A stretch of 42,897 nucleotides of DNA. Source: a phage. Location: NCBI GenBank assembly GCA_029955215.1, contig GCA_029955215.1_4351.1. The stretch is one strand, 5' to 3'. How positions within the stretch are numbered: position 1 is the stretch's first letter; each line of letters opens with the position of its first letter. The position numbers and the translations under genes are program-made. The notes under the pieces are model-generated. The model saw only the letters and a program-made list of their open reading frames with translations. It searched no databases and was not told where the DNA came from. Positions 1 through 7,225 of the stretch are shown here, in pieces.

Positions 1-99
1 CATATCTCTTAAGTAACTGATTTTCTTAATGTGCCGTAGATTCGCAACCGTAAAAATGTAACGATTATTGGGCAGGCTTAGGGCCTGCCCTTTAGTTAC
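1..99. repeat. Left copy of exact 99-bp direct repeat (identical to 42799-42897); terminal redundancy or circular-assembly overlap
   Basis: Bases 1-99 match 42799-42897 exactly; contains hairpin gggcaggc-ttagg-gcctgccc followed by ttt at about 72-95. Confidence 0.9.
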
Positions 100-162
100 C
101 AAGTAATAAGAATAAAGGCACAACCTCCCCTAAAGAATCACGACGGCAACGTAACTATTCTC

Positions 163-191
163 TTGCACACCCCAACATAATAGGATACTAT
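163..191 (+). promoter_or_regulatory. sigma70-like promoter, class I (TTGCAC-N17-TACTAT) with conserved AATAG-N4-CTATT core
   Basis: TTGCAC 163-168, 17-nt spacer accccaacataatagga, TACTAT 186-191; upstream of first + strand ORF. Confidence 0.6.
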
Positions 192-216
192 TCACTTATC
201 GAAACGAGACAGAGAG

Positions 217-417
217 GTGATGGTTATGTTTAAGAAGGGTCAGTTGGTGAAATGCACCAACGGTAGACACGGCATAGTTGAATTAAAATCTGATTTATTT
301 CCAGGGGAGTACATTGTGATTGTGCAAAATGTGGGAGGAGTAAACTCGGTAATACGCACGCCCGAGGAAGATTTAAAACTCATCGGCAACAATTTTAAAT
401 TCAAAGGGGCGAAGTGA
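217..417 (+). CDS. hypothetical early protein (66 aa; start may be a downstream ATG)
   Basis: ORF downstream of class I promoter; no recognisable motif. Confidence 0.45.
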   Translation: MMVMFKKGQLVKCTNGRHGIVELKSDLFPGEYIVIVQNVGGVNSVIRTPEEDLKLIGNNFKFKGAK

Positions 418-620
418 TGGAAGAATTATTTGAGGAACTGAAACACCATGAGTTCGAGGAAATATATTTTGTAGCTGAACGCTACGAGGTGCATCTGGTG
501 GACGGTATAACGGTTATTACATCTACCAGTGAGCGAATGTTAAATAGCTTACAGGCTATACGAACGGCATCGAATCATGATGCTCGCGCCGACGACTCTG
601 AGGGAGGTTGCCGTAAATGA
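414..620 (+). CDS. hypothetical early protein (68 aa)
   Basis: ORF overlapping upstream stop (ATGA coupling); acidic N-terminus. Confidence 0.45.
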   Translation: MMEELFEELKHHEFEEIYFVAERYEVHLVDGITVITSTSERMLNSLQAIRTASNHDARADDSEGGCRK

Positions 621-808
621 GAATTCGTATAACTGATGTTGATTATGTGCTGCCGCCGTCTTATGGCGACCACCCTTTGCGACACTTTGGGGTTTCGGTG
701 GGTGATGTGTTCTATGTCACCTATCGCAACGACTATGGGTATCTTGTAGAGAAGGATGGTGAAGAACTGTTTATCCGTAACATAGAGGCGGAGATTATCT
801 GTGAATAA
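617..808 (+). CDS. hypothetical early protein (63 aa)
   Basis: ORF with overlapping start/stop coupling. Confidence 0.45.
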   Translation: MRIRITDVDYVLPPSYGDHPLRHFGVSVGDVFYVTYRNDYGYLVEKDGEELFIRNIEAEIICE

Positions 809-856
809 TTACCAGTTTATTTTAATTGTCAGCGCCGTTTATGTGGTGCACGCGTT

Positions 857-1090
857 ATGGGGGTTGGTATGAGAAAACACATAATCAAGGTGGACTATCT
901 GGATGGGGTTAAATTACCGACGAATAAGATAGAAACGTGGTGCGGGGTTACCCCATCGTACGGTGAATGGCTGTTCCAGGATGCTCAACACGCCTTAATT
1001 GCTGTAGAAAACGGATTCAGGCAAGAGCCTTGCGCACAGTGTTTATCCGCTATCGTCCAGATCGCAACTCAGGCATTAAGTGAGGACTAA
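857..1090 (+). CDS. hypothetical early protein (77 aa)
   Basis: ORF in same-strand array. Confidence 0.4.
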   Translation: MGVGMRKHIIKVDYLDGVKLPTNKIETWCGVTPSYGEWLFQDAQHALIAVENGFRQEPCAQCLSAIVQIATQALSED

Positions 1091-1093
1091 GTT

Positions 1094-1237
1094 ATGAGAG
1101 AAGCATTTGAACGGTGGGCCGTAGTCGAGGGTCTGCCGGTTAACAAGGGTTCGAAGAAAGAGTACCTGAACGTTAAGACGCGTCTCGCGTGGCGGGCGTG
1201 GAAAGCTGGTGTGCGAGCGGTTATGAACCGGGGGTGA
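1094..1237 (+). CDS. hypothetical small protein (47 aa, not in ORF track)
   Basis: ATG 1094 four nt after upstream stop; translation MREAFERWAVVEGLPVNKG..., stop TGA 1235-1237. Confidence 0.35.
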   Translation: MREAFERWAVVEGLPVNKGSKKEYLNVKTRLAWRAWKAGVRAVMNRG

Positions 1238-1240
1238 GAT

Positions 1241-1453
1241 ATGGGAGAGTGGATTAAGTGTAGTGAGCGGTTGCCGGAAGATACCAAAATGTTACTGGCA
1301 TTTAGTCAAGGTGAAATCGTGGCGGCATATTGGAACTGGGTTGTAAATCCAATTGATTACAAAAAAAAATATAGGGGGTTTACGTATCTGTCCGGTAATG
1401 AACTTGGCGGAGTAACCCACTGGATGCCGTTACCAGCGCCGCCGGAAGTGTGA
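1241..1453 (+). CDS. hypothetical protein, DUF551-like (W-x-x-x-x-E-R-L-P and W-M-P-L-P motifs)
   Basis: MGEWIKCSERLPED...THWMPLPAPP resembles phage DUF551-type proteins from memory. Confidence 0.45.
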   Translation: MGEWIKCSERLPEDTKMLLAFSQGEIVAAYWNWVVNPIDYKKKYRGFTYLSGNELGGVTHWMPLPAPPEV

Positions 1454-1486
1454 TGTTCAATAGTTTGAGATTTTACTGAGTGACTT

Positions 1487-1520
1487 ACGCTGCTACACAG
1501 CAGCGTATCATTTTTCTCAT
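1487..1520 (+). terminator. rho-independent terminator
   Basis: 8-bp stem acgctgct/agcagcgt with acac loop, followed by atcatttttctcattttt. Confidence 0.6.
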
Positions 1521-1577
1521 TTTTGTTCTATTTCACGAAACGCAACAATCGAAGCGACTATTGCAGGAGATGCAACA

Positions 1578-1754
1578 ATGAAAACGTTCACAGAGAAACT
1601 TATGGAGTGCGTTGCGAAGCGAGATGCTGCAGTCCGCAGCTACCGTAAATGCGCCAACTGCGGCAGCGAGCAGGTACAGTTAATCTCGTACCTCAGCAGT
1701 GAGGTTACGCATAAGTGTAGAAAATGCCATCACGTAAATCGTAGACACCGATAA
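1578..1754 (+). CDS. small zinc-ribbon-like protein (58 aa; CxxC...CxxC)
   Basis: ATG 1578; CANCGSE ... CRKCHH cysteine pairs. Confidence 0.4.
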   Translation: MKTFTEKLMECVAKRDAAVRSYRKCANCGSEQVQLISYLSSEVTHKCRKCHHVNRRHR

Positions 1755-1761
1755 AATTTAC

Positions 1762-1790
1762 TTGCACGCTAAGATAGAATAGGCTACTAT
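1762..1790 (+). promoter_or_regulatory. sigma70-like promoter, class I (TTGCAC-N17-TACTAT)
   Basis: TTGCAC 1762-1767, TACTAT 1785-1790, same spacer family as 163-191. Confidence 0.6.
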
Positions 1791-1820
1791 TCATTTACAC
1801 GAACGAGAGGAGAGACAGAG

Positions 1821-1970
1821 ATGGTTACTTTGATGATTATGGAATTCGAAAACAGCACCGCAACTTACCGTGAGATGGCTATGGCGCAGGCGTACCACCT
1901 GGCCTCAAACGGCAACTTCTACAAGGCCCAAATCATCAATGAGTTCGGGGTAATTGACTATGAATTTTAA
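1821..1970 (+). CDS. hypothetical small protein (49 aa, not in ORF track)
   Basis: ATG 1821 preceded by gagaggagagacagag; stop TAA 1968-1970. Confidence 0.4.
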   Translation: MVTLMIMEFENSTATYREMAMAQAYHLASNGNFYKAQIINEFGVIDYEF

Positions 1971-2232
1971 CAGCTACACTGTGACCGTTGATTTTGAGGG
2001 GCTGGATTTGCCCCTCCCCAACAACTATAGGTATATAACCCGTGACCGTTTCGGTTTTATTCAGGGGTGGAGGAACAAACCAACATACACTGAGTTCGGG
2101 ATGTCAGGAGGAGAAGAGTTGCCAATCACGTTCGGACATCAGAGTAGCAACGAAGAACTTAAAACTGTGATTCGTAAGTATCGTCGCCGCGGTAACACTG
2201 GGTTTATAGCGATAACCGGCGCTCTTGAGTAA
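1960..2232 (+). CDS. hypothetical protein (about 90 aa)
   Basis: ORF track 1954-2232 begins at TTG; first ATG at 1960. Confidence 0.45.
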   Translation: MNFNSYTVTVDFEGLDLPLPNNYRYITRDRFGFIQGWRNKPTYTEFGMSGGEELPITFGHQSSNEELKTVIRKYRRRGNTGFIAITGALE

Positions 2233-2248
2233 GAGAGAGAGGCAGAAG

Positions 2249-2581
2249 ATGGGTAACAAAAACGAAGTATTCGAGTACCTGATTGACCAGCTACGGCAGC
2301 AGGTAAACAACAACCAGTGCGAAGACCTGGCGCACGAGGTGCAGTCACTTAAGAATCAGTTACGTGATGCGTCGGCGCAGATTAGGGATTTGCATGTCGC
2401 CTTGGTTAAAGCTACTGGTGATGTAGAGGCTTACAAAGTTCTACGCAAGTGCGCGAAAGTGCCCGAGCAATCCGGTTGCCGTAAGGAAGACGTGCAGGAA
2501 TGCTGCCACGACTTTGAATACATATACCCCGAAAGTGGGGCGCATCGTCATTGTATTAAATGCGGATGGACAACCGAATGA
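2249..2581 (+). CDS. hypothetical protein with coiled-coil N-terminus and Cys-rich C-terminus (110 aa)
   Basis: ATG 2249 after RBS-like gagagg; C-terminal CCHDF...HRHCIKCGW. Confidence 0.45.
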   Translation: MGNKNEVFEYLIDQLRQQVNNNQCEDLAHEVQSLKNQLRDASAQIRDLHVALVKATGDVEAYKVLRKCAKVPEQSGCRKEDVQECCHDFEYIYPESGAHRHCIKCGWTTE

Positions 2582-2781
2582 CCAGCATCTTATTTATCTG
2601 GGTATTATACGCGGGCCAGATGCAACTAGCGGCATCAGAAACGTTTTACTCGATGGAGGCGTGCCAGTCAGCGGCACGCGCCGCAGAGAACGCGCACTTC
2701 CTGTTTCAGGGAGACAAGCCCAACGATTCAGAGGTGCGCGCTATCTGCTCACCTAAGCGACTTGGTAAACAGGAGAAATAA
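2578..2781 (+). CDS. small protein with N-terminal signal-peptide-like hydrophobic segment (67 aa)
   Basis: ATG 2578 overlaps upstream stop (ATGA); MTSILFIWVLYAGQMQLAAS... Confidence 0.45.
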   Translation: MTSILFIWVLYAGQMQLAASETFYSMEACQSAARAAENAHFLFQGDKPNDSEVRAICSPKRLGKQEK

Positions 2782-2782
2782 C

Positions 2783-2965
2783 ATGGTACAGAGATATAGC
2801 TACAACCCGATGTTCGGGTTTACTCCTGATGTTGAAGGCGGGTTAGTGCTTTACGAAGATTACGTGAAACTCGAAGCCGAGTTACAGAAATACAAAGACC
2901 AGTTCCCGGATTACGTCGAGTGCGCGAACTGTGGGTCAGTTACACATGTGGAAGGGGCGGAGTGA
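2783..2965 (+). CDS. hypothetical protein (60 aa)
   Basis: ATG 2783 preceded by AGGAG 2771-2775. Confidence 0.45.
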   Translation: MVQRYSYNPMFGFTPDVEGGLVLYEDYVKLEAELQKYKDQFPDYVECANCGSVTHVEGAE

Positions 2966-3258
2966 TGTCTTTAGCAACTGACATCCTGAAACGAAGCGGC
3001 CTTGCGCCGCTGTCACCAAGAGCGAACACCAGAATATACAAGCGCCGCCGTAACGCGCTGTTCCCTGAGATTCAGGCCAGACTCAAAGCTGTCCGCGCCT
3101 GTGGATTCCAGAACGGGAAGGCCGTGAATCTCGGTGAGTTTAAAACAAAGGAACGCGCCGCAATCGCTAACCGGTTATTTAATTACTGGAAATCGATGGG
3201 GTACGATGATATTCCAACGAAACCGCAGAGACGACAATACATCTGGAGACATAAATGA
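2965..3258 (+). CDS. hypothetical basic protein (97 aa)
   Basis: ATG 2965 overlaps upstream TGA; RBS gaagggg. Confidence 0.45.
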   Translation: MSLATDILKRSGLAPLSPRANTRIYKRRRNALFPEIQARLKAVRACGFQNGKAVNLGEFKTKERAAIANRLFNYWKSMGYDDIPTKPQRRQYIWRHK

Positions 3259-3695
3259 CTACTATCGCGTTTGACGGAAAGACAATGGCCTGTGACACCC
3301 GTGCTGTTTGCGGGAGTAACTGTTACAGCACAGACACTAAGATATACGAGAATGATTTCTCCGTTATTGGGGTGGCTGGTGATGCGGGGGTCAGCACTAT
3401 GCTTATAGATTGCCCGTATATCCTCCAGGCCAGACCATATGACTTCGATTTCGAAGCCCTGGTATTCGTGAAAGACGCAGAAAAGGTGTATAAAGTAGCG
3501 TTTTATAAATCGTGGGATTGTGCCCTTAGTTCGGTTATTCCGGTTGCCGATAGCTTTTCGGCTGTGGGGTCTGGCTCCCCTTATGCTCTGGCGGCTATGT
3601 ATTTAGGTAATACGGCAACACGTGCGATTACTGTAGCCGCACAATTTGACACTAACACCGGTGGTAAGATTATTACCAAACGACTATTAGGATAA
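3255..3695 (+). CDS. HslV/proteasome-beta-like Ntn-hydrolase family protein (146 aa)
   Basis: N-terminal MTTIAFDG (Thr directly after Met) and internal AVGSGSPYALAAM align by eye with E. coli HslV MTTIVSV... / AIGSGGPYAQAA. Confidence 0.6.
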   Translation: MTTIAFDGKTMACDTRAVCGSNCYSTDTKIYENDFSVIGVAGDAGVSTMLIDCPYILQARPYDFDFEALVFVKDAEKVYKVAFYKSWDCALSSVIPVADSFSAVGSGSPYALAAMYLGNTATRAITVAAQFDTNTGGKIITKRLLG

Positions 3696-3754
3696 ATCCT
3701 AACCGTGCTATCCTCCAGTTACTGCATACTTAATACGCACCTGGAGGATTCATC

Positions 3755-4063
3755 TTGGATAAATTTACTGAAACAGTGACAGGCTGGCTTCTCGCTGCCG
3801 CACTAGCCGGAGGGGTAATCGGACTAAGGCAACATAAGTCCGCTATTTCCGGCCCTATCGACGGATTCTGCTTTATCGCAACTGGCTTCACTTGCGCTGT
3901 ATTTGGCGCACCTCTCGCGGCGCAATGGTTTGGCATTACCGGAGAACGCGAGATAGCTGGCCTGGGCTTCATTATTGCTATTCTCTGGATGCCTATCTAT
4001 TCCCGTCTCTCCGGTATCGTCGCTGGAGAATACATCGCACGTCGAGGAGGCACAGATGAATGA
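3755..4063 (+). CDS. holin-like membrane protein (TTG start, 102 aa)
   Basis: Multiple hydrophobic helices; GGAGGA RBS 3743-3748; directly upstream of endolysin. Confidence 0.55.
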   Translation: MDKFTETVTGWLLAAALAGGVIGLRQHKSAISGPIDGFCFIATGFTCAVFGAPLAAQWFGITGEREIAGLGFIIAILWMPIYSRLSGIVAGEYIARRGGTDE

Positions 4064-4328
4064 GTTATTCTGGTTCGGCGGTATGCTGGCAATTGGAGGC
4101 ACATCGCTGTTTAATGTATACCACCCCAGCGTTGACGACGGGTTATTCGGCCGGGTGCTCTATATCCTGACTGCTATTGTCTGCGCCGCTGGGTGTATCC
4201 ACCTGTTACAGGGCAGCATGTCACCTACGTTGCCGGAGACATTAATCGCATTAGTTGCGCTGCGTCAGGTTCGTCAGGCGTGGCTGTCATACGGAGGACA
4301 TAAGCGTGTCTCGAAACATTTCAGATAA
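4056..4328 (+). CDS. second small membrane protein of lysis cassette (holin/antiholin-like, 90 aa)
   Basis: ATG 4056 after GAGGAGG RBS; two predicted TM segments; ORF track start 3975 is probably too far upstream. Confidence 0.5.
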   Translation: MNELFWFGGMLAIGGTSLFNVYHPSVDDGLFGRVLYILTAIVCAAGCIHLLQGSMSPTLPETLIALVALRQVRQAWLSYGGHKRVSKHFR

Positions 4329-4794
4329 TGGGTTGCATTTTACCGCTGCGTTCGAGGGATTCCGCGGCACTGCGTATCGCGCGACACCAAACGAGAAGTA
4401 CCTGACTATTGGTTACGGAAGTTATGGCCCGCATGTTAAGGTGGGACAGACCATCACGCCTGGTCAAGGCCTCCTGTTACTGAATCGCGATATGGCTAAG
4501 GCCGTAGCTGCGGTTGACGCAGCAGCACACCATTCATTGACACAGGCTCAGTTCGACGCAGTGTGTGACTTGGTTTATAACGCAGGCGCTGGCGTGATTG
4601 CAGCTACTACAGGCACTGGTAAGGCGCTACGCTCAGGCGATATTGCGACGTTGCGGGCTAAGCTGGCACTATTCATCAACCAGAACGGCAAACCATTACT
4701 TGGCCTGCGCCGCCGTACCGCCGGTCGTCTGGCGCTGTTCGACGGTAAACCGTGGCAGGAGGCGGAGGCTATCGGGCGCGCGGTGAAAGGTTGA
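4306..4794 (+). CDS. endolysin, phage lysozyme (GH24, lambda R / P22 gp19-like)
   Basis: TIGYG..., QAQFDAVCDLVYNAG and LRRRTAGRLALF resemble the P22 gp19 / lambda R lysozyme family; GTG 4306 after GGAGGA RBS (start uncertain). Confidence 0.8.
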   Translation: MSRNISDNGLHFTAAFEGFRGTAYRATPNEKYLTIGYGSYGPHVKVGQTITPGQGLLLLNRDMAKAVAAVDAAAHHSLTQAQFDAVCDLVYNAGAGVIAATTGTGKALRSGDIATLRAKLALFINQNGKPLLGLRRRTAGRLALFDGKPWQEAEAIGRAVKG

Positions 4795-4858
4795 CACATA
4801 AGACTAATCCGACGATACTTAAATCACCTCCTGTTCCATCCCTCTGCTCTCCAGTTTT

Positions 4859-4890
4859 ATCCCGGCCCTGACCCAGCCGGGATTTTTTTA
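4859..4890 (+). terminator. rho-independent terminator
   Basis: Stem atcccggc/gccgggat followed by ttttttta. Confidence 0.7.
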
Positions 4891-4911
4891 TCTATTTTCT
4901 GTAATGACTAG

Positions 4912-4940
4912 TTGACTATTACCTACGACCCTATTATATT
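4912..4940 (+). promoter_or_regulatory. sigma70-like promoter (TTGACT-N17-TATATT)
   Basis: TTGACT 4912-4917, 17-nt spacer, TATATT 4935-4940; about 35 nt upstream of ATG 4974. Confidence 0.6.
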
Positions 4941-4973
4941 TACTCCATCGACAACGAGAACGGAGTAGAGAAG

Positions 4974-5123
4974 ATGAAAATCACAGATATCGAAGCATTC
5001 AAAGACGCACAACTGATGGCACGCATCGCCATTAGTAATCCGAGCAACAGCATCGCCGCGGACGCGTTCTGGTTCGCTGCGATGCAGGCACTGAAAGCAG
5101 CATATGCAGGAGAGAAGAAATGA
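4974..5123 (+). CDS. hypothetical small protein (49 aa, not in ORF track)
   Basis: ATG 4974 after ggagtagagaag; stop 5121-5123. Confidence 0.4.
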   Translation: MKITDIEAFKDAQLMARIAISNPSNSIAADAFWFAAMQALKAAYAGEKK

Positions 5124-5281
5124 GCGAACAAGGCCAAGTAAACCAACCACTACGAGTAGGTCGTAAAGTCAGCCACACCCCGTTCCCGACACGCGAGGAA
5201 CTGATGAAACGTGACAGTTTCCCGGGGCCGGACAAGAACAAGTACCTCAATCGCATGTGGGGAGAGCGTAAAAATGACTGA
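5120..5281 (+). CDS. hypothetical small protein (53 aa, not in ORF track)
   Basis: ATG overlaps upstream stop (ATGA). Confidence 0.4.
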   Translation: MSEQGQVNQPLRVGRKVSHTPFPTREELMKRDSFPGPDKNKYLNRMWGERKND

Positions 5282-5471
5282 CCGTGAATATGAAAAGATG
5301 ATGGTAGAGGCTGTTAACGGCGGCGTAGACATAGGCCACGTGATGCACGTCCTTAATACTAAAATCGCGGTAGCTGAGCAAATGGTTGAGTCGCTTTACG
5401 AGACACGCCGTGAACTGATTAACCGCTTTAATCTGAATAAAGCCCAGGGTGATGGGCATGAAAGCGCCTGA
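5274..5471 (+). CDS. hypothetical protein (65 aa)
   Basis: ATG 5274 in frame of ORF-track 5211-5471; coupled to upstream gene. Confidence 0.4.
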   Translation: MTDREYEKMMVEAVNGGVDIGHVMHVLNTKIAVAEQMVESLYETRRELINRFNLNKAQGDGHESA

Positions 5472-5640
5472 ACCGGTAGTTATTGATGGCGTCCTGTGGA
5501 AACCCTACTCGGTCAACCACATCGACGCCGACGGGAAGAAGTTCAGCTTCTACATTTTTGCAATTAGCCGGGAGCACGCCGCCTGTGTGGTCGAAGATAT
5601 ACGAGAAACGGCGTGGCTTGGTGATGAGATAGTGGGGTGA
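5458..5640 (+). CDS. hypothetical protein (60 aa)
   Basis: ATG 5458 overlapping upstream gene end. Confidence 0.4.
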   Translation: MKAPEPVVIDGVLWKPYSVNHIDADGKKFSFYIFAISREHAACVVEDIRETAWLGDEIVG

Positions 5641-5642
5641 GT

Positions 5643-5828
5643 ATGTTCAGCGACATCAACGCAGCAATCGAAGAAGCAATCTGGCGTCGCTACAACGGCG
5701 AACAACAGCGGCACTTCTGTCTTGTGCAACGCGGAAACATGATTGCCGTAGTACAGGACCGTGATAACAAATATCCGAATGCGATGTGGACAACGAGAGG
5801 GTTTAAAAATGCTAGTAAGAATCGATAA
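5643..5828 (+). CDS. hypothetical protein (61 aa)
   Basis: ATG 5643 after ggggtgag. Confidence 0.4.
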   Translation: MFSDINAAIEEAIWRRYNGEQQRHFCLVQRGNMIAVVQDRDNKYPNAMWTTRGFKNASKNR

Positions 5829-6009
5829 GCTGGAACCGGGCATGAAAGTGGTATCTAAGAATGGGCCACGCACAATAACCGGGCTTAAAAGCATGAAGCA
5901 GATGCCGAATGGCCGTGTAGTGTACGCGTGGTTTGCTACGAAGTCGCATCCACGACATGCGAGAACCATAGTAGGATGTGGAGATGTCGTGATTGAGGTG
6001 GTGGAATGA
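5809..6009 (+). CDS. hypothetical protein (66 aa)
   Basis: ATG 5809 after gagggt. Confidence 0.4.
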   Translation: MLVRIDKLEPGMKVVSKNGPRTITGLKSMKQMPNGRVVYAWFATKSHPRHARTIVGCGDVVIEVVE

Positions 6010-6227
6010 GAAGAGTATGTAAAGAGACGTTGCGCCAACAGATAGACCGCCTGGCGTCTAAAGGTAATCCAGAGTTCGGGCTTGGTATGACACTGAACGA
6101 AGAGTTCCAGTTAGAGGCATATCGGATGTTACTAGCGAAACTTAGTATGTGCAAAAACTGTAACCATGAACTAACGGTGGAGGATATCGAATACGACCAA
6201 TGTGGTTTTTGCGGGTGTGATTTATGA
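6006..6227 (+). CDS. zinc-finger-like small protein (CxxC...CxxC, 73 aa)
   Basis: CKNCNH...CGFCGC cysteine pairs; ATG overlaps upstream stop. Confidence 0.45.
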   Translation: MRRVCKETLRQQIDRLASKGNPEFGLGMTLNEEFQLEAYRMLLAKLSMCKNCNHELTVEDIEYDQCGFCGCDL

Positions 6228-6469
6228 TTACCAGCATTCCGAACCTGATTAAAGAATTTGGCACTATGGCGGAGACATGCCGACAAACCGGCATCAATGA
6301 AATGACCATCGCCAAGTACCGCAACGACGTTAACTGTGAGCGCCACGTAATTTATAACAACCGTCTCATGACGCACGTTAAGACAAGCCCGGTGCTATTC
6401 ACGCGCCGAGGTATCACTAAAACAGAGCAACGTATCGCTAAAGAGGAGAGCGGGGAATGCGACTACTAA
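6224..6469 (+). CDS. hypothetical protein, possible HTH DNA-binding (81 aa)
   Basis: ATG overlaps upstream stop; segment ETCRQTGINEMTIAKYR looks helix-turn-helix-like. Confidence 0.4.
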   Translation: MITSIPNLIKEFGTMAETCRQTGINEMTIAKYRNDVNCERHVIYNNRLMTHVKTSPVLFTRRGITKTEQRIAKEESGECDY

Positions 6470-6562
6470 TCATCCCTAACGCCTGGGCTATCGCTGTAGC
6501 TAACGACCATTACGGCGGCGATGGTAAAAGAGCACCGCGACACGGCCTATATAACTGATACA

Positions 6563-6586
6563 AGCCCTCTACGGAGGGCTTTTCTG
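6563..6586 (+). terminator. rho-independent terminator
   Basis: agccctc-tacg-gagggct followed by tttctg. Confidence 0.6.
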
Positions 6587-6679
6587 TACATCCTGCCCAA
6601 TCCCCTTATATAATCCCTTTAGACGCGTAGGGCGCGTCTGGTGCGCTCTGATGGTCAGACGCATATGCAAGGGGATTCT

Positions 6680-7225
6680 ATGAAGCTGAAACTTAAGCAG
6701 CCATCGCCAGAGGTGGTGCAAGCTGCACATGAAGAAGCTGTTAGCGCAAACCGTCGCCGTAAACGACCGCGCGGTAAACAGAGCCTTTATCAATCATCCC
6801 GTAATTCCGCTGCGTTGTGGGACCCGGACTATTGCGACGAATTGATTCGTTTCTTCGACCGCACGTCATGGGAACTTGTGCCTACGTCTAAAGGTGACGA
6901 ACGCCCGCTGATTCAGGATAAACCCCCGTCACTTGCCCGCTTCGCCTTACACATCGGCGTCACTATCCCGATTATTAAGCTATGGCTGCGTGAGATTCCC
7001 GCATTTGCAGAAGCCTATGAAACCGCACAGGCGCTGGAAGAGGCATACTTCACCGAGACAGGGGCCGCGGGTATCTCTGCTACATTTGCTGCCGCGAAGC
7101 TGGGCCTCAGTAAAGAGAAACCGGTTGAATCCACCGAAGAAACAGCACCGACTGAGATTATTTTCAGTGTTGCGGAGCCTGTAGGTAAAATCGTAACAAC
7201 GAATATGGGCGAGGTAGAGGAATGA
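6680..7225 (+). CDS. terS: terminase small subunit (putative)
   Basis: Immediately upstream of and overlapping terL; basic N-terminus, HTH-like segment; ATG 6680 after aagggga. Confidence 0.6.
   Translation: MKLKLKQPSPEVVQAAHEEAVSANRRRKRPRGKQSLYQSSRNSAALWDPDYCDELIRFFDRTSWELVPTSKGDERPLIQDKPPSLARFALHIGVTIPIIKLWLREIPAFAEAYETAQALEEAYFTETGAAGISATFAAAKLGLSKEKPVESTEETAPTEIIFSVAEPVGKIVTTNMGEVEE

Noticed and set aside
2514-2756. + strand ORF 2514-2756 (80 aa)
   Set aside because: Overlaps 2249-2581 and 2578-2781 in a third frame; those two are translationally coupled by an ATGA overlap, which is the more parsimonious gene model.
3975-4055. N-terminal extension of ORF 3975-4328
   Set aside because: The extension overlaps the upstream holin-like gene in another frame; the ATG at 4056 has a GAGGAGG RBS and starts the hydrophobic protein, so the shorter model was used.
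5550-6376. Minus-strand ORFs 5550-6038 and 5936-6376 (162 and 146 aa)
   Set aside because: Antisense to a dense array of coupled + strand early genes with RBSs and overlapping start/stop codons; no promoter or RBS on the minus strand.
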